Source of the DNA: the human T2T-CHM13v2.0 reference genome, Homo sapiens | Assembly (NCBI RefSeq): GCF_009914755.1 | Contig: NC_060929.1 | Strand: one strand, 5' to 3' | DNA length: 64,000 nt | Part shown: positions 41,413 to 64,000 of the stretch, piece after piece | Layout: each line of letters opens with the position of its first letter | Position numbering within the stretch: position 1 is the stretch's first letter | Program-made: the position numbers and the translations under genes | The notes under the pieces: generated by a model | Databases searched by the model: none | The model's input: only the letters and a program-made list of their open reading frames with translations | What the model was told of the DNA's origin: nothing

Positions 41413-42413
41413 AGAGAGAGAGAAAGAATAGAATAAAATAAAAATCTTTCATGTGACATACAGTGAAAGGACATAAAGCAGATGGTTCAACAATGAAAGT
41501 CCCTGTTCCTCTAAGAATGTAGATAAAGGGACGTACTAGGGATTAAAACAATGAAGGTACAATAATGAATAGAATCAATGCAAGGTGGTTATTACATAAA
41601 TCTGAAAAGACAACCTTGAAAAATATTAAGTTGAAAAACTAAAGAGAATACTGAGAATATTAATACAGAAATAAAAAATGTAAATACAAAATTAACACCT
41701 AAATCTCAATGTAGCATGAAAAATTCTATGTTTCTCATCAAGGAGACCAAACAAGAGTATGTACATGGACCAGCATATGTGTATCCCCAGAAACATTCAA
41801 AGCTTACAGTTATCCTTAAAAGAGTCACATTCCTACGCAAAAGAGAGAAGTTCCTAAGAATGCTCAGGGCTACAATCATGGAAAACTGTCCTTAAAAACA
41901 TGCGGGACTCTCTTCTAAGTTTGGGTTTGCTTATTATGCCAAAAATAGGCTTGATGAGAAAGTATAATGACTAAAAGGAGCATCCTCTGAGTCTCTACAG
42001 CTTACAAAATCTAAACTGAGACTCTATCTCTAGCGCTGCTAGGAGGAAACCAGTGAAGTGGAAGCTCCAATAGATTGGCAGGGTGATGAGGCTGGTGAGG
42101 TGGGGGTGGGAGGGTGGAGGGAAGAGGTCTTCATGGAGGACTAGGTTACACGGAAACTTTTTAGATGATCAAGAGTTCTTTTCTGAAATTAAGATATATT
42201 TAAAAAATATATACGTATACACAAACACACAAAGTAAAACCTGTCTCCAGCTGAAAGATGTACAAGAAAAAAAGAGGAATGCTATTCCTTGCTACATTAA
42301 AAAAAAAAGTTAGAATAATTCATAGCAAGGAAAAACACTCTCCCATTTGGTTTCTTGCTATCAGAAACAAAGTTGATTATGTTTCCTCTGTCCTTGAGGA
42401 ACACCAAACCTAC

Positions 42414-42650
42414 CATGTGGTAATGTTATGTTTGCACCATCAATGATTGCTTGTGCCAGTTCATGATCATTGCTCTCAAAAGCATGTGCAGCAGCCTTCA
42501 AGGCATCCCAAATCTCTTTCCGGCCTTCAAAAGCTGGTGCTGTATCCCAAAATTCATCCCTCTTGCTGCGTAGTTGTCCATCTGTCATAGGATAATCGCT
42601 TTTCCATTTTGGTTTCTCCTTTTTCAAAGGCTGGTTACGACCTAGAGCAA
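42414..42650 (-). CDS. UBTD2: UBTD2 internal coding exon (N-terminal ubiquitin-binding domain)
   Basis: Acceptor TTTTTCTTTTCAG; (V)[78 protein letters not shown]+G; donor GTAGGT; 237 nt, phase 1-1, in frame with the 20518 exon. Confidence 0.96.
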
Positions 42651-42915
42651 CTGAAAAGAAAAATAAAAGACTGAGATCAAACCCAAAATTTATAAAATAT
42701 GTATCAAAAGTTATCTGGTCATTCCTCTCTTGGATTATTTCATCAAAATCACAGCCAGAAATTTACCTGCTAGCTAATTTGTGCATCCTGAAATTCCTCT
42801 AACACATTTTGGAACTACAAAAGTGAATAGAGACATTAGACTGCTCTATGCAAAACAAATTGGTAGCTCTTTTCCACTCAGTACACCCTCCACAGGATCA
42901 TTAAAAAGAATTACA

Positions 42916-50299
<7,384 letters not shown>

Positions 50300-50302
<3 letters not shown>

Positions 50303-50576
50303 CTCATGAATGGCTTGGTGCCCTTCCCATGAGATCTGGTTGTTTAAAAGAATACAGCACTTCCTCCCCTTTTTTTCTCTTGCTATGTGATGCAATGGCT
50401 CCCCCTTTGCCTTCCGCCATGATTGTAAGCTCCCTGAGGCCCTCAACAGGAACAGAGGCCAGTGCCATGCTTCCTGTACAGCCTGTAGAACCATGAGCCA
50501 AATAAAACTCTTTTCTTTATAAATTACCCAGTCTCAGGTATTCCTTTATGGCAAGGCAAACAGTCAGATTAACACA
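50300..50576 (+). mobile_element. 3' portion of an MST-type (MSTB-like) MaLR LTR
   Basis: CCCTCATGAATGGCTTGG...GCCATGCTTCCTGTACAGCCTGTAGAACCATGAGCCAAATAAA...ATTACCCAGTCTCAGGTATTCCTTTAT. Confidence 0.8.
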
Positions 50577-51270
50577 CTATAATATCGTTGTCATACCTAA
50601 GAAAATTTTTTAAAAAATTTATATCATCTATTATGAAGTCTTATTTATTAGATTTATCCAACTTTCCCAAAATGTTTTTCATACCAAGTTCCAATCAAGG
50701 CTTATGTGTTGTCATTTGATGTAGGCCAGCATTTCTCAGCTGGGGACAGTTTTGCCCTCCAGGGGATATACGGCAATGTGTGAAGACATTTTAACTTGTT
50801 CCTTTACCCTTTGTATTAACCTATAAATAGGAAGTTAGGTTTAGAAGCTTTATTAGAGTCAAGTAAAACATTTTGAGTAAGAATTCTTCATATATGTCTT
50901 ATATTCTTTATATTGCAACACATGAGAAGGCTAAGTTTGGCTACTTGGTTAAGGCAACTGAATGTCACGTCTATGGTATAATTTGTCCTTGGCAATTACC
51001 AGTACAGGGGGTGATCTCTGACATCTTGAATATCCTGTTACCCATGATGCTTTAGTATATCTATTGATGATCCTTACCTGAATCAGCTACAGGGTTGTAA
51101 AAGGGTGATTCTTCTAAGTATGTCATTCTTTTCTTCCTTTAATACTGGCATTCTTTGGTAAGAAAAAGGTCTTCCCTCATTCCCTTTTTAGTAGTAGTAA
51201 GGATTCATGAACTTTTATTTAGTCAATATATTAAAATAAATTTCAGTCACTATGTATGCTCCGAAATTGA

Positions 51271-51435
<165 letters not shown>

Positions 51436-51582
51436 TAATATTTGAATACTTTGCCAATAAAACTTTTTTTGGGGAAAAATCCTCAAACCCTGTAAAGAAT
51501 AAGACATAAAATACAATAAGGTACTCCAGTTCTGACCCTGATATCACTTACCAATAGCTTATACAATTGAAGTTCCACAGCA

Positions 51583-52340
<758 letters not shown>

Positions 52341-52549
52341 CGTTCTATTTGGGCCCATGCCTAATCTTCCTACATATTCTGGTGCTCCTTGAACATTCAA
52401 GCTGATTGGGGGCATTCTACAGTCAGAATCCAACAACTGAATGGATATATGGAAAAAATATCCTCATCTATGGGGTAGTGCTTATTTGGAACAAAAACCT
52501 ATTAAGTCAGCAACAGTATTTTAAAAGAATGTTAAATTTTATTTGATGA

Positions 52550-52826
<277 letters not shown>

Positions 52827-53057
52827 TGATCCGCCCGCCTTAGCCTCCCAAAGTGCAGGGATTACAGATGTAAGCCACTGCGCCCGGCCCCTCCCAGTTT
52901 TTGGTGTTAAAATGTCCTGGACATTTGGTGCAGGTCAAGATGTTATAAGCCCACTAGAGCCTATCTCCCTACTGATTATGCCCAAAAACCTGCGAAGTGA
53001 GGGAAGAAATCTGTTTTGTATTCTTTTTTTCTTTTTTGAGACGAAGTCTTGCTCTAG

Positions 53058-53345
<288 letters not shown>

Positions 53346-53349
53346 TAGC

Positions 53350-60140
<6,791 letters not shown>

Positions 60141-60745
60141 AATACAGATGGTTCCTGAAGTATAGGGTATAACTGACTTTGCAAATAAAGATGTCGATTA
60201 CCTGGGTAGGATGGAAAGGAAGATGAGGGAGATGACAATAATATCTGTTTCATAGGACTGTTATAAAGATTTAACGAGGTAATATTTCTCAAACAATTAG
60301 AACAGTACCTGTCACAAAGAAAACACATAAATGTACACTGAATTAGAAGAAGTAACTATTTCTCAAAGATCATAGAACTAAACAGTATAACAGGGATTCA
60401 AACCAACACTGACTCCAAAGTTCATGCTCTTAACCAGGACTATTCTGCCTCCTGGCTTTAAGAGTTACTTGAATAAATGTTTAACATGGATTTGGATTTT
60501 CACCTACCCTCCCAAAGTGAAACTGTATTATTAACCCATTTGAGAGGTTTTAAGGCTCCACAAGATTTCAAAGATGTGAACCCATACTTAGGATGGCACA
60601 GAAGTTGGCCTTTTTTTTTCCCCTCTGTGTCCCAGTGCTTGAGGATAGAATTGGCAGACAGGAAGCCAGCGGCACCAAAGACATGATGCCCAGGGGACTG
60701 AAGCCTTTTCCCTCTGCCTCCAGACATAATAGGGAACATACATAC

Positions 60746-60776
60746 CTGCTCCCTGCAAAGAAAGCGAGGGTGGCAT
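60746..60776 (-). other. Candidate alternative UBTD2 exon end (ATG CCA CCC TCG CTT TCT TTG CAG GGA GCA G|GTATGT)
   Basis: Good donor CAG|GTATGT; 31 nt from ATG gives phase 1, in frame with exon 42650; repeat-free context; no transcript evidence available to me. Confidence 0.4.
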
Positions 60777-61322
60777 TGACCTTTAGTGACCAAACAAAAT
60801 AATTCCTAGGCAGCATACATCAATTATCAAAAGCATATTGCTGCCTGTCCTGAGACCACGATCAAGGGAAGGGCTAATTGTTTCCTAAGAAATACACTAG
60901 GAGTACAAAGGACTCTTTCTTCAAGGTGGTCTCCCTCTTCTATCTGAAGTTTCCTCTGCTTGAGAAATTCTAATGTTAAGAGCCTGGCAAAAATGTGTAT
61001 AAACATACTTCACTTGAAGTTGTACTCATTTGTCAAGTCCTTCTCCTTTAATGGGTTTTTGCAGTCAAAGCCCTCTTGCTTTCAAGAATGGACAAGAATC
61101 AAAAAGTAGGTTCAACAGAACCATAAAACATATTGGTATTTTGGCTTGTGCAAGATTTTGCTACGAAATCAATAAAACAGAACTGGGACTAACATGTTAA
61201 ATTCTATCCAGTTATAAAGAAAAAGATATTTTGAAGCAAACAGAAAAAAACTACTAGAAACTGTATTCTCTTGGGGTTAGATTCATGGGTAAAGACAGAA
61301 GTATCTTAGATGTCACTTAATC

Positions 61323-62042
<720 letters not shown>

Positions 62043-62063
62043 CCAACCCAATGAATTCTTAAA

Positions 62064-64000
<1,937 letters not shown>

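Noticed and set aside
51071-51082. CAG|GTAAGG on -, resembling a recursive splice site
   Set aside because: Weak pyrimidine tract and it lies in what looks like decayed L1; such motifs are expected by chance in long introns

Overview
Primate, very probably human, genomic DNA; the gene order matches my recollection of human 5q35.1. It is Alu-dense and contains three genic units. (1) The complete 4-exon EFCAB9 gene on + (CatSper-associated EF-hand protein); the exons splice to a 197-aa ORF and intron 2 is GC-AG. (2) The last two coding exons and 3' UTR of UBTD2 on -, convergent with EFCAB9; its first exon lies beyond the right edge. (3) A KLF3 processed pseudogene (KLF3P1) on -, inside UBTD2 intron 1. 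The rest is mostly interspersed repeats: several dozen Alus, fragmented old L1s, a solo LTR12, MaLR LTRs, MER44, MER5, two MADE1 MITEs, MIR and L2. Most ORF-track entries are Alu or L1 artefacts. I see no evidence of a wholly new biological system. The best leads are: a dual-use splice site at 60746-60776 that could give either an in-frame alternative UBTD2 N-terminus or a 7-nt poison microexon; KLF3 RNA-processing states possibly fossilised in the retrocopy (proximal poly(A) site, NAGNAG-like loss of the TGEKP glycine); an antisense LTR12 promoter in EFCAB9 intron 1; and a MADE1 hairpin with mirrored substitutions. Repeat names and boundaries are by eye and approximate.
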